Shown one piece after another: positions 48,078 through 62,765 of a stretch of 64,000 nucleotides of DNA. Made by a program: the position numbers and the translations under genes. Under the pieces are notes generated by a model. The model saw nothing but the letters and a program-made list of their open reading frames with translations, searched no databases and was not told the origin of the DNA. Positions within the stretch are counted from its first letter, which is position 1. Each line of letters begins with the position of its first letter. Source of the stretch: Sarea resinae (Eukaryota); the NCBI GenBank assembly GCA_026026165.1, contig JAPEUD010000033.1, positions 124,001-188,000 on the forward strand. The letters run 5' to 3'.

Positions 48078-49105
48078 GATGGGGAATACTCCGGAGTAGC
48101 TATTCGGTTGCTATGGACCTCAGGTACTCCGTCTTGCCTGGGTCGGATTACGCAGTACGCAGCCAATCTCTACTATAGTATGCCTCTCGTGATTGGTATC
48201 GTCTTATTCTTCGACTTCAAGTTCTGCTCCAACTGGCTGCGGATGACATAAGACGAGGCGCGGCGACGACGCATCGATGGGGTACGGATCGATACCTCGT
48301 ATTTGTACTTGGTCCGCGGCACAATACGAAGTACTCTACCTTGTACTCACGACGCAATGGGATAATGATGGCACCCCTCGGACCCGGCGTCGAGATGGAT
48401 CAACACGGAGACCGTACCTGCAGCCGCAACAGGGGCCATAGAGGGAAGGGAAGGGAAAACAGGGCGAAAGGCATGCGGATCGGGATGCACGACTCCGTCC
48501 TGTATGTACATCCTTATGGATGCATTATTGGATCCGCTGCGCATCGGTCGACGACGAGGCCCACGGGAACGTTGCGGAGAGGGAGATACTCGTAGATGCA
48601 TTGGCTGTTGATGGTCGCCCTGGCGTGTTGTTGTGGTGCCCCTCGATCGGATGGGTGGCTGGTGCCTCGCTAGAGAAGTACCTAGTCTGCTAGTGGATGT
48701 ACCTAGTCCCTTAGTGTGCGTCTGTGCAAGCGCCAAGTACCCGCCAAGTACCCGGGGTGCGTAATGACCAGCCTCCAACTTAGAGCTCGCTCTCGCTCAG
48801 CCTTCCGATATCATAGCTGCTCTGCACGATATGACCCCTCGAGCGTGCCCATCCCCCTTCATCTGCAACGACGAGACAATCGATTCTCCTTCTAATTGTC
48901 CTCGCATCATCTCGCTCGAGCAGACGACGTCTTTTGCGTACGGTGCCCTTTGTAATCGTTCCATCAGCAAATCAATTCGACCCTGATTGCGACGGTATCG
49001 GATCAACGAGCTTCGAGCACTCGAAGAATGAGGCTTCGACCGAAGTGAAGATTCATCAATATCCACTCCGGTGCACTTGGCTGAAAAGCCTGAAGAGCAA
49101 CCATC

Positions 49106-52100
49106 ATGGCGACGAAATTGACCAAGCAGCACATCGGAAGCATGCATACGGCCGGCATCTTCGCCGACATGACGGTCGATGGGCCTGAGATTGGCACGCT
49201 GGTTCTGGTCGCCGACAGGGCCAAGAATCTTCCCAATAGGAAGACAATGGGTAAACAGAATCCCTATTGCGCCGCCAGACTGGGCAAGGAGGCGAAGAAG
49301 ACCGAGACAGATGTGCGAGGAGGGCAGACGCCGAAATGGTATGTGTGGATCAGAGGTGAAGCATGGAATTTAAACTGACAGACACCTCACAGGGACCAAG
49401 AGATGCGCTTCACCGTCCACGACTCGGCCGACTACTACCAGCTCAAAGTGTCCGTCTTCAATGACGACAAGAGAACAGATCTGATTGGGGAAGCCTGGGT
49501 AAATCTCGAAGGCGTCGTGGTGCCAGGTGGAGGGCAGAGCGATCTCTGGCAGAGCTTGAATTGCAAGGGACGATACGCGGGCGAGATCCGACTTGAATTG
49601 ACATACTACGATATGCGGCCAAAGGAGCCAAAGCAGGCGGAAAAGAAAAAAGAGGTTGCGCGGAACGGCGTGGAACATACACAGCGAGAAGGCCTCAGTG
49701 GCCCGAGGCAACCCAAGCCAGTCAAACGACGACCACTGCCAGCCGATCCCACGAGCGATCCGTCCGTTCCGACGATTAAATCTGAACATGCGCAACCTGC
49801 TGTCCCTCCATCGTCACAGCGGATTCACCACAGTCCTTCCGACTACCCACCACCAACACAACGTGGATACTCGAATCCGACAGATTATCCTCCATCATCA
49901 CAACGAGGATTCCCGAACCCTTCCGATTATCAGCAACCTATGGTCAATCCTGGTGCAGACTACAATGCTGCATCCCAATTGCCATCCGCCCCACATGATC
50001 AGTATATACAGCATCGAGCTCCTCCGCCAGATTCGCGAGAGAGCTTTTCAAACCTGCCTCCGGGCACGATCGCGATGACTCCAGCCGCCAAACCTCTGCA
50101 GGCATCAAGCTACGAAATCTACGACCCAGGCAATGATGACTACATCCCTGGTGGGATACTTGGTCGCTACGACGACTACGAGGAAGATGCCACTGCGTAT
50201 CAGCCTCAACCTAATGGCCAACCTCGCGTCCCTCAACAGGCGCCACTTCGGGATCTTCAGGATCGTCGGAGTGGCGGATCTACAATGGTGTCTACTAGGA
50301 ACGATAGATATGCAGGTCCTCCTGAACTCCAAGATCCTTACGCCGTCCATCAACCTCATTCTGCTCCTCCGGTGGCTGAACAATATGTCACACCAACTCG
50401 ACATAGCGGCCGCTATCAGCCGTCGGTTCAGGAGGATGATGTGTATGATGAATATCCACCGCAACAAAATGACTACCGTCAAGATCCACGCCAACGTTTC
50501 TACGAAGAAAGAGGACGCAGCGAGATGCAGCCGAGCGTGGAGGACGAAGGGGGACCACCTCCACCACCAGTACACCGAAGCAGTGGCAATCGACCTCAAG
50601 AAAGTTATGACATTCCGATTCATCAGCCGCAACCTTTGGACTTGTCGAGAGGGAGTAGAGGGAGCATTCGCGCGGACTACAACGACTTCTCCGATCCCCG
50701 TTATAACGCAGAGCAAAATAATGTGCCATATGCAGCTCCGTCTGCACCTCGGCATAATTCGGGTGATGGGTCGTTTACGTCTGCTGGTCATAGCAGCCAT
50801 GGCAGCCACCCCATGCCGACAAGCCTCGTAGCCGGCTACAAGCCCATGGCCGATCCGTCCGATAGAATGGTTCAAGAACAGCGTTCTAACGTAATCCAGA
50901 ACGTCGGGCCCGGAGCTTTAGCTTATCAGACTCCCCCTCACCAGGCGCCTCCCTCTCAGGCCCCTCCATCTTATCAGACACCGCCGTCGTACCAAACGCC
51001 TCCATCGTATGAGGTGCCATCATATGAAATGCCATTAGCTCGGCACAGTCACTCGTGGAGCGAAGAGCCACGGCCGGTACAATCCATCGAGGACGCTGAG
51101 CCCAGACGACCCCATCAACCTCATCACACTTCAGCGCCAATGGTCAAACCTCGAGCGGTCAGTCCCGACCCTCGTGGCGTGCCGGCCCGCAAATCCGTCT
51201 CGCCGCAACCAGACATGAATCGCGCCGAAAAGCGCCTCTCAGGCATCCCTTTCTCGCCAGATTCTTACGACACCTTCAACCCGAATTACAGCTCCACCAG
51301 TATCAATCAGCCAGGGCCACAATATGAGAATCCCCAACAATCGAAAGAATTGTCACTCACGCACCGTCAACCACTCCGAGACGAAGGTCCCATTATCAGC
51401 AGCGATGGCCGCGTCATCGACCCTTCAGATCATCTACCTACGGAAACGTGGGCGCCCGAGCCCGAAAGAAGATCCTCGGCGAAAATTCCACCGCCAGAGC
51501 CGGTCCCCACCTCGCGCTCGAGACCGAGTCCTCACGGCGCTCAACCAATGCCAAACTCGGCCCACCGTCGTCCTCTGCGCAACGACCCTCCCGCGATCGC
51601 ACCAAGACCACACTCCATGGCCACCGTTCCCACATATGCGTCCCCGACCATATCCTCGGAGCAGGACGTCAACACGCCACCACCCGCAAATTCTTCCCTG
51701 CGCGCGCGCCTCCAGAAGAAATCACGCGGCTCTGTTCAGCAGCAGTCCCATCCACATTCCTCACCGCTCGTCCCTACTGTACACAGCAATATCCCCACGC
51801 CGCGCTCCTTGCCACGCGCCTCGGCATCTGATTACGCGCTACAAGTCCAGGAGCCCGAGAATTACGCGTACAATGGGAGTCCTTCCCCTGCGACTTACAA
51901 TGGTGGTGGGTACGGCGGCCGCGCGCAGCAAGCACTTGTCACGGGTCCGCCTCCGCCTGTGCCCGCTAAAGTCCCCATGGCGCCAGCGCCTTCTATGCCC
52001 ATGGTGCTTGCGGGACGGGATCCTAGGGAGCACCACGGTGGGTATGGAGGTGGGCGGGAGGCCGTCAATCTTAGTGAGGAGATGAAGAAGCTTGATATCG

Positions 52101-52162
52101 GTGTCGGCGGCGGTGGGCATAGCAGTGGGGGCAGATTACGACGGAGTAGGTTTGGGCCGTGA
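49106..52162 (+). CDS. INN1: Cytokinesis ingression protein Inn1/Fic1 (N-terminal C2 domain, Pro-rich tail)
   Basis: Exon 1 49106-49338 (GTLVLVADRAKNLPNRKTMGKQNPYC..RGGQTPKW), intron 49339-49392, exon 2 DQEMRF..LKVSVFNDDKRTDLIGE..YAGEIRLELTYY, KRRPLP and PxxP motifs. Confidence 0.85.
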
Positions 52163-52269
52163 GCTCGGGCGTACCGAGAGAGTGAGAGAGAGAGGGCGAA
52201 GGATAAAAGAAAGATTTGAGTTTCATGTCTTGTCTCTTACAAGCATCATTCGCATCGCACACCTATAAT

Positions 52270-53760
52270 CAGGTTGGGTTGGGTTGGGTTAGGTTGGTAG
52301 TCCGGTAGGGTACCGGCGTTGTTCTTCTATTTAGCTTTCTCATCTACCCGTCCGGCGGGGCGGGATCCATCACGGAAAGGGGATAGGAGACGGGGAAATG
52401 AGGGAATAGAGAATGTGACGAATTCAACGTCGTGATGCGTGCGTGTGGTGTGGGTTATAGACTTTCCTTCTATCTTCATTCGGATGCCTTTATAGACGGG
52501 CGGAATACACGAACCAACGAGCTCAACGAATGAACTATATCATACGTCCATGATAGATATAATACACGCGATGATCAAAGCTTCTAAGACAGATAGAGAT
52601 CACACCGCACCAGATATGATATAGACATTCCATGGCATCTATTGAGCAGCTGAGCAGTCGAGTAGAGAAATAGATGACTTTGTATCTCGAGACCATCAGA
52701 GCTCATCAGAGCTCAAGAGGGATTATACGTGCGAGCGAGCGAGCGAGCGAGCGACTTGGGGTGACTGAATAGATAGATGAATGGATGGCTGACTGAGTCA
52801 ATGAGTGTATATAGGAATGAATGATTAGAAGAGTAAATGTATATATGTATGCAAACGCGCGTCTTTTGCGCTTCCCCCCCCCTCTCCTTCTGCCTGCCTG
52901 CCTGTCTGTCTATCCATCCATCCACTCATCCATCCATCCATCCATCTATCTATCTATCCACCTTTCTTTCTTTCTCTCTGCCTACATGCCAGTCTAGCCA
53001 CTCGCGTATGCTATGAGACGCGACTTTGTACGGAGTAGAATAGATAGAATAGATAGGATAGATAGGCTAGGATAGGCTAGGCTAGATTAGGAGAGTTAAG
53101 GTGAAGGAGGGTTGAGGGTTGAGGAGAGGAGAGGGGACGAGAGGGTAGGAGAAGGAGGGTTGAGGAGACGGAGGGTAGGACACCTTTTCCTTTTCACACT
53201 TCCCCTTTCTTTCACTCACTCTGTTGATTTCTCTTTTCTCTTCTGTTCTTTTCTGCTCTTTTCGGCTCTTTTGCAAAAACACCATCATACACATACACAT
53301 CCACATCCACACAAACGTGGCCGTAGGACCCGTAGTACCCGTAGTACCTAAAGACCCAAAGACATCCGTGGACTGTGGACTTTGATGATAGCTAGCTTAC
53401 TGGCTAGTTTGTATTTGTATTTGTATTTTGTATTTGCATTTGCATTTGCATTGACTGTTCGTGCGATCTGATCCGATCCGAGACGATACGGTACGATACG
53501 GTACGATACAGAAGAAGTGGACGGAGGATGCAGGACAGTGCACTGCAGTGCAGGACAGGGCAGGGCAGGAAGGGAGAAAGCGGAAAAAGGGGGAGAAAGG
53601 GGGCGAAAGGGGAGAAAGGGATAGATAAAAAGACATGGAAGAAAGAAGAAGGATAAGAGGGCAGGGCAGAGAAGAGAAGAGAAAAGAAAAAAAAGAAGAT
53701 GCAGATGGTGGAGAAGGCTCCATGACGAATGACGAATGGCGAAAAAGATAGACCCCGCTT
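52270..53760. repeat. Microsatellite patchwork in convergent INN1/SPT6 intergenic region
   Basis: (GGTTG)n, (GCGA)n, (GCCT)n, (CCAT)n, (CTAT)n, (GATAG)n, (TTTGTA/TTTGCA)n, (GATACGGTAC)n, purine tracts. Confidence 0.9.
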
Positions 53761-53899
53761 TTCCCTCGAGCATACATGAAGTATTGAAAAGAACCCCGAA
53801 AACAATTAGGAAATCCCCTGTCTCCTTTGCCTTTCGCACCCTCCCCTCCCCTCCGTTTTCATGCTTTCTTATCCCCAACACAACATGATCACATCATGC

Positions 53900-56800
53900 T
53901 CACCTCCGTTTCCCGTTCTGCATGTTCGCAAACAGGAGCTTGAACCCATTGCACAGAGCGCGCATGTCCGGGTACTGGTGCTTCTGCAGCTCAAAGGCCT
54001 GCGGCACGACCTTGACGGGCCAGTTGTTCACCTGCGCGTCCTTGCCTGCCTTGAAGCACAGGTGGAAGTAGCCCGGGTATTTCGGGTTGATGCAGAAGGC
54101 GTAGACGGACCGTTTGGGGTTCGCTTCCGTGTAGGTTGTCAACCAGCGTTCTGTTGTTTTTACGTTATATGTTAGCGGGTGATCTGGTCTGGTCTCTGTT
54201 GGGTTGAGTGGAGGGGAAAAGGAGGCAGCATGGGAAGAGTGAAGCAGGTAACAAGGACACAATACAAACATACCAGTGTCGGCTTTACTTCCAGACTGGA
54301 ACTTCTCGTGCAGAGTCATCTCGTCCACCTTGCGCGCCATGGCCTTGACATGGTTGACGATCAGCTCGTCGAGATCCGAATACGTGTACTTGCCGCCAAT
54401 CATGAGCGTCTTGCCGACCGAGAACTCGTTTTCCTTGTCCAGCTCCAGCACGTCAATGTGCTGATACACATTATCCGACACCTTCCACGTCACGGCTAGA
54501 TGGTCGAGCCCGCGCGACGAAGGCCGGATGACGACGTCACCACGAGTCTGCGACCCGAGATACTCCTCTGCCTGCGCAGCGTTAAAGGAGCGGAAGTTCG
54601 GGTGTTTGATGACGCGCTGCGTCCGGCCCGACACGTCGTTTTTCTCTTGCAGACGCTCCTTGTCTTCCTGTTCCTGTCGCTCGTCCCATTCGTCGCGCAT
54701 GCGGTCCATCTGCTTTCGGTAAGGTCGGCGGAGCTCGTCCTCGCGCAGTGAGAGTCGCGCATCGAGGCCTCGGTGGTTCAGATCAATGATCTTTGCCTGT
54801 ACGGTTTGATGGACCGAGAACTGCTGCTTGATAGGGATGTCCATTCGCTCCGGAAGCTCCATCTCTTGGACCACGCCGTCGATGCCACAATCCAGCTTGG
54901 CATCAATATGATCCTCGGTCACCCGCTTGAGGGATACAGGGACTATCATGCCTTCGCAGAGAGATTCGCGCGTCTCGCCCGTGAGCATCGTGAAGATATC
55001 ATCGGTGGAGATGGGATTCTCAAATGGACGCCGAAGCTCTTCGTACGGTTGTTGCAGCTCGGCACGGATAGTCTCGAGAGTGGCTCGCTTCTTCTGAGCA
55101 AAATTCTTGTCCAGCTGATCGGCGTATTCCTCGAGGATAAGGTCATTGACCCTCTCCTGCTGTCCATCCTGGACGAGCTTTCGAACGATAGCACCAGGAC
55201 CATGCTCATCGACTTCTGCCTTGATATCTTCTTCGTCGAGTTCCAGAGCATCTGCAGCCATCTTTCGGCCCAAGTCATAATCTTCAGGATGGACCCGAGT
55301 ATTGTCGAGGTAGTCGGCCGACGGTTCTGATTCATCATATTCGATAAACAGGAAGCTGGCGCAGTTGTTCCACACACGAGGTCCCACGGCGGGAAGTTTG
55401 CCTTCCTCGGGATCGCCTACGAGTTCATCTCTGGTTGAAACAACACCACCCTAATTGCCAGTGAGCCAAGGTATCCTTTAGTTTCTTTTTAGTTACTTAC
55501 GTTGAGATTGATTGCTTTCAGAAGTTGTGTGGCTTTCCTCGGACCAAGTCCGCAGACCCATGGGAGAAGCGCTGCCGTGTCAGGATCGCTAATCGCTTCG
55601 TTAATGTCAACTCCGCACATGTTGACGATATCAACCAGTGCCGTCTCAAGCTGCTTCATGATTTTGTCCTCGGGCAAGAGCTGCTGGCTAGGGTGAAAGG
55701 AGATGGAAATGATGTTCGACTCAAGCGATGCATATTCTTTCATAGGGTTCTGGAGGTATTTGGCGAGGGCAACGCAATATCGAGTCAAGGGCGCAAGATT
55801 AGGATGCTGCTCCCGGGCGCGATCGCTTGTATGGTAGAGCCGCGCAACTTCGTCGTTGACAATGACCACTTCAAGCTGATCACTCTTCTCGTTGCCGTCC
55901 TCATCTTCATACTCTGCTCCCCTCAAGTCATGCTGGGACACGATCGCCTCAAGCTGCTTGAAAAGCTTCCGTGTCTCGACCGAGAACCCAGATACGCCAA
56001 TCACATCAGGCTTGCGACGCTGAACCAACTCGACAAAAGCTGAGACGTCTCTCCCGTCTGGAACACCTCGTTCGGCATCACCAAGAGCGAGATCAGTGAA
56101 CTTCCCATTCTCGAGCACTCGTCCATCTTCTTCGACCCAGGCCCAACAGACGGCGTCTCTTCTATCTCCGGTGCCGTTAGACAGGGCGATGACGCGTGGA
56201 ATTGTGCCTAGAGCCATCCCTTTCGGCTTGTAGGGGGCCTGATCTAATCTCCGGTAGAATTCCTCTCGACAAGCCCTCGCGACTTGGTTCTCGCACTCAG
56301 TCTTCATGTTTTCCTTTACTCCCCTCACCATGATCCTGTCAAGTTTTTGGAGAGCCAGGTCTAGGACCTCTCGGCGGATTGTGTTCCAGGCGTCGGCCAC
56401 TTCACTGAAATTGTCCGACTCGAGCTCCTTGATAAGGGCTGTCTTGAAATCTTCACGATTCCTGAGTCGAACTTTGACTTCGACGAGGCCTTCTTCCTCG
56501 GCTTTCATCATGCGCAGGAAAAGATCTGGTTGGCGAGCAATGTCGCTGAATTGCTGATTGCGGAGGTACTTGAAATCGTAGTAAGGGTGCTGTTCGTCGA
56601 TTTTCCGCAGTCCTTTTTCTGTACGGTAGCAATCGACTACTCCGGTCATGTAATAAGTTTGTCGCATGACTTTCCTCATTTTGGGACTCATAGCAATCTC
56701 CTCGGCAAACATAGCCTTGGCGGCAGTGAGAACCTGAGCGCCGGTGGAAAAGTCGGTTCCGTCTAGGACATCCGGAGAATCGGCCATATCGTCAGGGCGG

Positions 56801-58492
56801 ACACTAGGGTCCTCTGTGAATTGCTTGCGACCTTCTTTCAGTATGTTTTGGGCAAAGGCGTCCGCGGTGATACCGAACGCTCGGACCAGATTGTAAGCTT
56901 TTCCGCCTCTAATCTTGTCGAAGAACGTCTTTTGCGAGCCTGGACGTCGATGACGGCCATTCGTCTGGGACGAATTCAGCGCCGCCACGTCTTTGATACG
57001 AGCAGAATATTGGAAGTGGAGGTAATCTTGCACGTCTTGGACTTCTTCCATCGTAACAGCTGCTGGTAGCATATCCTCGATAACCTCATCTTGCAGGGGA
57101 GAAATTGCTTTGAGGCTATCATAAGTCTTGTCCAGGGTGTTTCGCTTGTCGATGAGGGCGCGGAACTTGAGGTCTAGCTCGAAGATATCCCATAAATCCG
57201 GCTGAAGGACGAGCTTTTCCGCTTTCAGTTCGTACTGAAGAGCATTTGGGTTATATGGGTCGGGGGAAACGGGGATTTTGACTGCATGGATGAGATAGTC
57301 TTTCCGGTGTTGGAAGATGAAGGGGACTTCGTATTCGTCGGTGATCATAAACTCGAGCGCCTTCGCTACTGATTTCCGGAAGGGTTCTGCGAGGTCTGAT
57401 GGAAGACCCTTCTTGGGCCACAGCATGTTCGCAATCCACGTTCCCTCCTCTTTGAATTGCTCGTCTGTGAGGACGACGTGTTTATACGGTTGTCTGGCAA
57501 GTTGATAACGTTCCGGTTCGTCGGTATAGCGGATCTTATTGTCCTCATCCGTCAACATTCTGGCCTCTAGCTGCGATGGCTCGAAAACGTCTTTCAACTC
57601 GAGCGGCTGCTCCGGGTCCAATTCCCGGTCTTCCATCTCAGCTTCCAGTTCTAGCGCCCAGTCGTACTCGTTCCCTTCCCCGAATGCGTTCCTCATATCA
57701 TCCAAAGCATTCTCGTCCAGTCCGGTCGCCTGCGTAGCCATAATGCCTGGGAGGCCTTGCTTGACTGGCCTAGCCACCTCCAAGTCTTCTTGCTGTTGGT
57801 CTCTCTCTTCGTCGTCGAACTCGTCTTCCTCGATAAAGTCTGCAAATTCGTCCATCACTCCCCGTTGCTCGGGTCGCATAGGCCGGCGATCGTCGTATTC
57901 GTGTGGTGCGTCGTCGTCAGCCTCATCATCAGAGAAGATGTCATCCACGCCCCGAGAGATTGCCCGATCATGATCGTCCTTGTGGCCGCGCTTTAGACGC
58001 TTCAACTTGGGCTATACGTAGGTTAGCATGAGAGAGAGCGCGCACGAGCGAGCATGCTCACCTCACTAGCCACACGTCGTTCGAACTCGGGATTTGCTTC
58101 GCCAATCAAGTCCAGGTCCTCTTCGTCCAGGATGTCTTGTTCTTCTTCGCGCTCTGCACGGCGACGCTTCTTCCGTTCCCGTTTCCGTCGTTCGCGCTCC
58201 TCTGGCTCTTCCTCGTCCTCGTCGACGATGAAGCCCTCGCGCACCTGTCGGATGAGATCTGGTCAACTCGCGACTGATACGTGATAGTGTACACATGGGG
58301 GGGACTCACTGCTGCGGCCGCTTCTTCATCATCGTCCTCGTCATCTTCCTCACTGGAGTCGGATACATTTCCATCTCTACCATTCGACCGTCGAGCTCCC
58401 TCTCTGGGCTCTCCGGTCTCCTCGTCAAACGACTCTTCATCTTCCTCGTCGCCGAGCTCGGCCTCACCATGGATCAGATCCGAGGTGCTCAT
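53900..58492 (-). CDS. SPT6: Transcription elongation factor / histone chaperone Spt6
   Basis: Acidic N-terminus ([22 protein letters not shown]), [22 protein letters not shown], YqgF and HhH (CGLGPRKA), [12 protein letters not shown]1, tandem SH2; four introns (~58246-58309, 58013-58071, 55451-55500, 54151-54273). Confidence 0.97.
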
Positions 58493-58792
58493 GCTGGCAA
58501 GAGAAGGAAGCGCAGGAGGAAGACGGAAGATTTAGATGGATGCTTGCTGCTTCGTGACACTGAACGGTCCTCTTGTAAGAGATGACAGGGCTGATAGAAG
58601 GTGAGGGTGTTGATCAAGGTCAAGGTCCCGGTCAAGCTTGGTGTTGAGGTGAGTGAAATGAAATCAATCGAAGCGACAATGGAAGCTTGAGGTTCAGTTT
58701 CAGGCAATTGCCGTGTGTCTGTCTGTCTGTCTGTCATTCAGTGATGGAGAGCCTCGCGATACAAGGGTACATGGACGGTCGCGTATCATCAG

Positions 58793-58800
58793 GTCACGTG
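58793..58800. promoter_or_regulatory. GTCACGTG (Cbf1-type E-box) in SPT6/STE7 divergent promoter
   Basis: Exact GTCACGTG; function inferred. Confidence 0.4.
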
Positions 58801-59569
58801 CGGTCAGTTGGCCCCGGGCCGCGTGGATTGGATGGTCCCTCGGTCCCTTCACCCCTCATGCCCCTATCTCGAAACAGAACAATTCCCCGGGTAGAGGTCT
58901 TTCATCTCATCCATTTCGACATCTCTCAAGGAAATAGCATGCAGTCATGATCAGATGTAGGAACTCGGTGTGAAAGACTACTTGGATGGTCCGTGCATCA
59001 CCTGACTCACACCGTCCCTGTCTTGATCTCTTGCAAGACAAAGAGCTACAGGATCAGTGATAGGGGTGAAGGATCGAGTGGAGGATTCCGAGACAGTACG
59101 AAGTAGACCACTGCACCTTTCGGTGGAGATTCTCTCTTCTCTCTTCTCTCTGCATCGTGATTAGTACGACGTATTGTTCTTTCACTGCTGCATCTCGTGG
59201 TTCGTGACAGGTGTTCGGAATCCGCACGGCAGCCCGGCATTTCAAGGGTCCAGGTCCGTGTCTGGCTCCCCCATCGCAACGCTCGTCCCTTATTGGCGGC
59301 ATCAAGATTAACTCTTCGCAGCCCAAAGCGGTTGCTCGACCCGTCAGCGCCAAGCTGCATAATCGATCACTTGGAGTTCTGAATCGACGTCCCTGCTTTA
59401 TTGAGACAATACGATCCGACTTCAACAGTAACCAAGAGGTCTTCTTCTTCCTCTTCGACGCTTCGACTTCATCCTCCACTCTCCACTACCTCCCATCGAC
59501 ATCATCCGGAAAACCCCACACCTCGCAACCTGCTGTCACGACGACGAGAACAGCAACAACAACAACACC

Positions 59570-61306
59570 ATGACGGACCCGTTCAAGGCTCGAACGCTCA
59601 AGCGGAAGAACGTCAAGGGTCTGGCCTTGAGTGCCCCGCAGCCAAGATCTCCTGCTCCATCCGCCGGCGATGCCCAGATCCCGGGGGCGCTTGGCAACGA
59701 CATAGATAGACCGGACACGCTGGAGATTGGGGTCGAATTCAAACTTGACTTGCGAAGTGAAGACTTGATCGTGCTCAAAGAGCTGGGCGCCGGAAATGGA
59801 GGGACTGTGAGCAAGGTGATCCATGCCGCAACGAAAGTGGTCATGGCCCGGAAGGTAAGCCATTCATCTCGGGAGAATCCACCACCAGCGAGCTAAGCAT
59901 GGCCACCATAGGTCATTCACGTTGAAGCCAAGAAGGAGGTTCGGAAACAAATTGTACGAGAGCTTCACATCATGCACGACTGCAACTCGCCATACATTGT
60001 ATCTTTCTACGGCGCGTTCTTGAATGACGGTGGTGACGTGATCATGTGTATGGAATATATGGATTGCGGGTAAGGCTCTCTGAGATATGTTTCCTATCTC
60101 CAAATCACTGACCTCTCGTAGTTCACTCGATCGTATCTCAAAAGACTTCGGACCCGTCCGTGTGGATGTCCTGGGAAAGATCGCAGAGGCTGTTCTGGGT
60201 GGCCTGACCTACCTATACAACGTCCACCGCATTATGCACCGCGACATCAAACCATCCAATGTCCTAGTCAACTCGCGAGGAAACATCAAGCTCTGTGATT
60301 TCGGTGTATCGGGAGAGCTGGTGAACTCTATCGCGGACACATTCGTGGGCACATCCACGTACATGGCCCCCGAACGTATCCAAGGAGCGAAATACTCGGT
60401 CAAGTCCGACGTCTGGAGCGTGGGCTTGACCTTGATGGAGCTGGCCATTGGAAGATTCCCATTCGACTCGAGTGACTCTGCCGCAGGCGACAGAGCAGAT
60501 GCCGGGCCCATGGGCATTCTCGACCTCCTTCAACAAATTGTCCACGAACCGGCTCCGAAATTACCAAAGAGCGATGCATTCCCGTCTATTCTAGAGGATA
60601 TGATATCCAAGTGTCTGATCAAACAGCCCGAAGGACGGCCGACGCCGCAAGAACTTTACGTACGTGTTCTCCCGTCATGCTCCCCCTTCGAGTCCAGCAC
60701 TAATGATATATGCAGGAAGAGGATGCCTTCCTTCAAGCCGCCAAACGCACCCCCGTCGACCTCGAACAGTGGGCCGTCAGCATGATGGAACGACACAACC
60801 GCAAATCCCACCTCGCGCCCAAAATCTCCCCCGACACCAAAGCTCTCCTCCGAGAGAACGGCTCGCCGACGCTGGAAAGAGGCAGCAACACCAACACCAA
60901 CGCAAACACGCCCACCACGACATGGGGCGACATCCCTATCGCAGGCGCCGACGTAAAGCCGTCGCAATCCCCGCCCATTCCGCCCGCGAAATCCCCCGCT
61001 AGCTCCCTTGGCACACCGCAAGCCACATCGCGTCCCATGTTCCCGCCGCGCACATCCAGCGCCTCTAGTGCGTCGTCGTCGGTGTCGCGATCGGGCGGTC
61101 TGACGAACACGACCACGCTTCCTATCCGCGGTGTACCACCGCCTCAGGGACCTCTTGGTATCCCACACCAGCAAGGAAACGGACGGCCACTTTCTGCAAG
61201 GAGACAGCCGAGCTATGGGCTCGATCATGATGAGAGGCGGGATCCCAGTCGACGGCAGAGTCCGTACGGCGTCCCTGCTTCCAATGGCGAGGGGGGAAGA
61301 TACTAG
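59570..61306 (+). CDS. STE7: MAP kinase kinase of the pheromone/filamentation pathway (Ste7/MkkB/Fuz7 type)
   Basis: N-terminal docking site [57 protein letters not shown]; introns ~59855-59911, 60070-60121, 60660-60715. Confidence 0.95.
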
Positions 61307-61639
61307 TGGCCAGTCGCGGGTGATTGCTTTCCTGCTGGCGTCTGGCTGGGCATTTTTCGAGTCGAACATCTCTCTTCGATCTGCCTCTACGCTGGACTAG
61401 ATACGAGATCTAGTGTCCCGCATCCTTGCATTTCAAGTCTATGATTTTCACAAATACGCTTCAATCAATCAAGCTCACAAGCAACATCTTTTCCGATTCG
61501 ACCCTCTCAACCCGAATTCTTCATCACCCACATCTCTCATCTACCAACTAAACACCTGCATCACACTCGGCTGGCCAAGAATTCCTGGCATCTCATTCTG
61601 TCTTCCCATCCACGATCCTCCTCGCACACATCAACTCAC

Positions 61640-62276
61640 GACAAACATCGTCATCGTCATCATCGTCGCCGCAATCGTCATCGCCATCATATCGCAATCA
61701 CAATCAGAACCACAACCACAACCACAATCACACTCACACTCACCACGGACCAACAAACTCAACCCAACCGAACCCATCCCCACGACCCAATCGCCCATCA
61801 TCCCGGCCAAACAGACACGCACAAATCGTGGAACTCTCTCTCTCGCGCCCGCCCCCGTCTTCCCCACCCCTTCCCCCTTTCGCCCCTGCCTTTCCACACG
61901 TCACTCAGACAACCGATCAACTCCTCACTCGCACGTCTTGTACGACCCCTCGAGTCACCTGTCATCTACAGGCTCTAGAGACGCCCGTCATATTCCCTTT
62001 GCTGTCGTTGTAACTTTCTTCGCTCTCTTCTTCTCTCCCTCGGTGTCTTCTTCTCTTCCTTACTATCCCCTACTCTTCCCTCCCGTTCCCTACTCTCATC
62101 TTACCTACCTCCCAATCTATCAAACAACCAAACATTCACGCATACAAGTCACACACAAACCCCGCCTCCCCCGAGCGAACAAGCGAATAAGCAAGATAAA
62201 CAAGCAAGATGAACAAGCAAGCAAGTCTACCAGCGAGTCTATCAACGAGTGAGCCACTCACTTCGTATCCCTCTCT

Positions 62277-62308
<32 letters not shown>

Positions 62309-62740
62309 CTACCAAATTTAGATAGGATACGATAAGATAAGATAAGACACAATTACAAGTCCCAAATGCCAAATGATATCAGATCAAATCGAATCAAACC
62401 AGATCCAACCAGATTCAATGAACGAGACCTGAGACATGAGACGTGAGACACTGAGACTATGATGTGAGACTATGATGTGAGACTCGGACTGAGACACTGA
62501 GACACTGAGACAGAAGCGACGGTGATAGTGATGCAACCAATAGACTAGAGTACCCTATTCAACTAGTTACACATAACCGACCGACCGACCGACCGACTAG
62601 AAGCGTGGGCCCGCAGATGAATGAAAAGACAGACGGAGAGGGAGGGAGAGGGAGAGAGGGAGAAAGAAGGGAGAGAGGGAGAAAGAAGGGAGGAGGGAGA
62701 GACAGAAAAAGGCAACCGGAAAAAGGAAACCATAGTGGGT
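61640..62740. repeat. Microsatellite patchwork in convergent STE7/OSH3 intergenic region
   Basis: (CAT/CGT)n, (CACAAC)n, (CT)n, (GATAA)n, (TGAGACA)n-like, (CCGA)n, GA tracts. Confidence 0.9.
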
Positions 62741-62765
62741 TGGGGGGGGGAGCGAAAACAACGGC

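Noticed and set aside
61413..62252. 279-aa plus-strand ORF after STE7
   Set aside because: Made of microsatellite-derived low-complexity sequence in the probable 3' UTR
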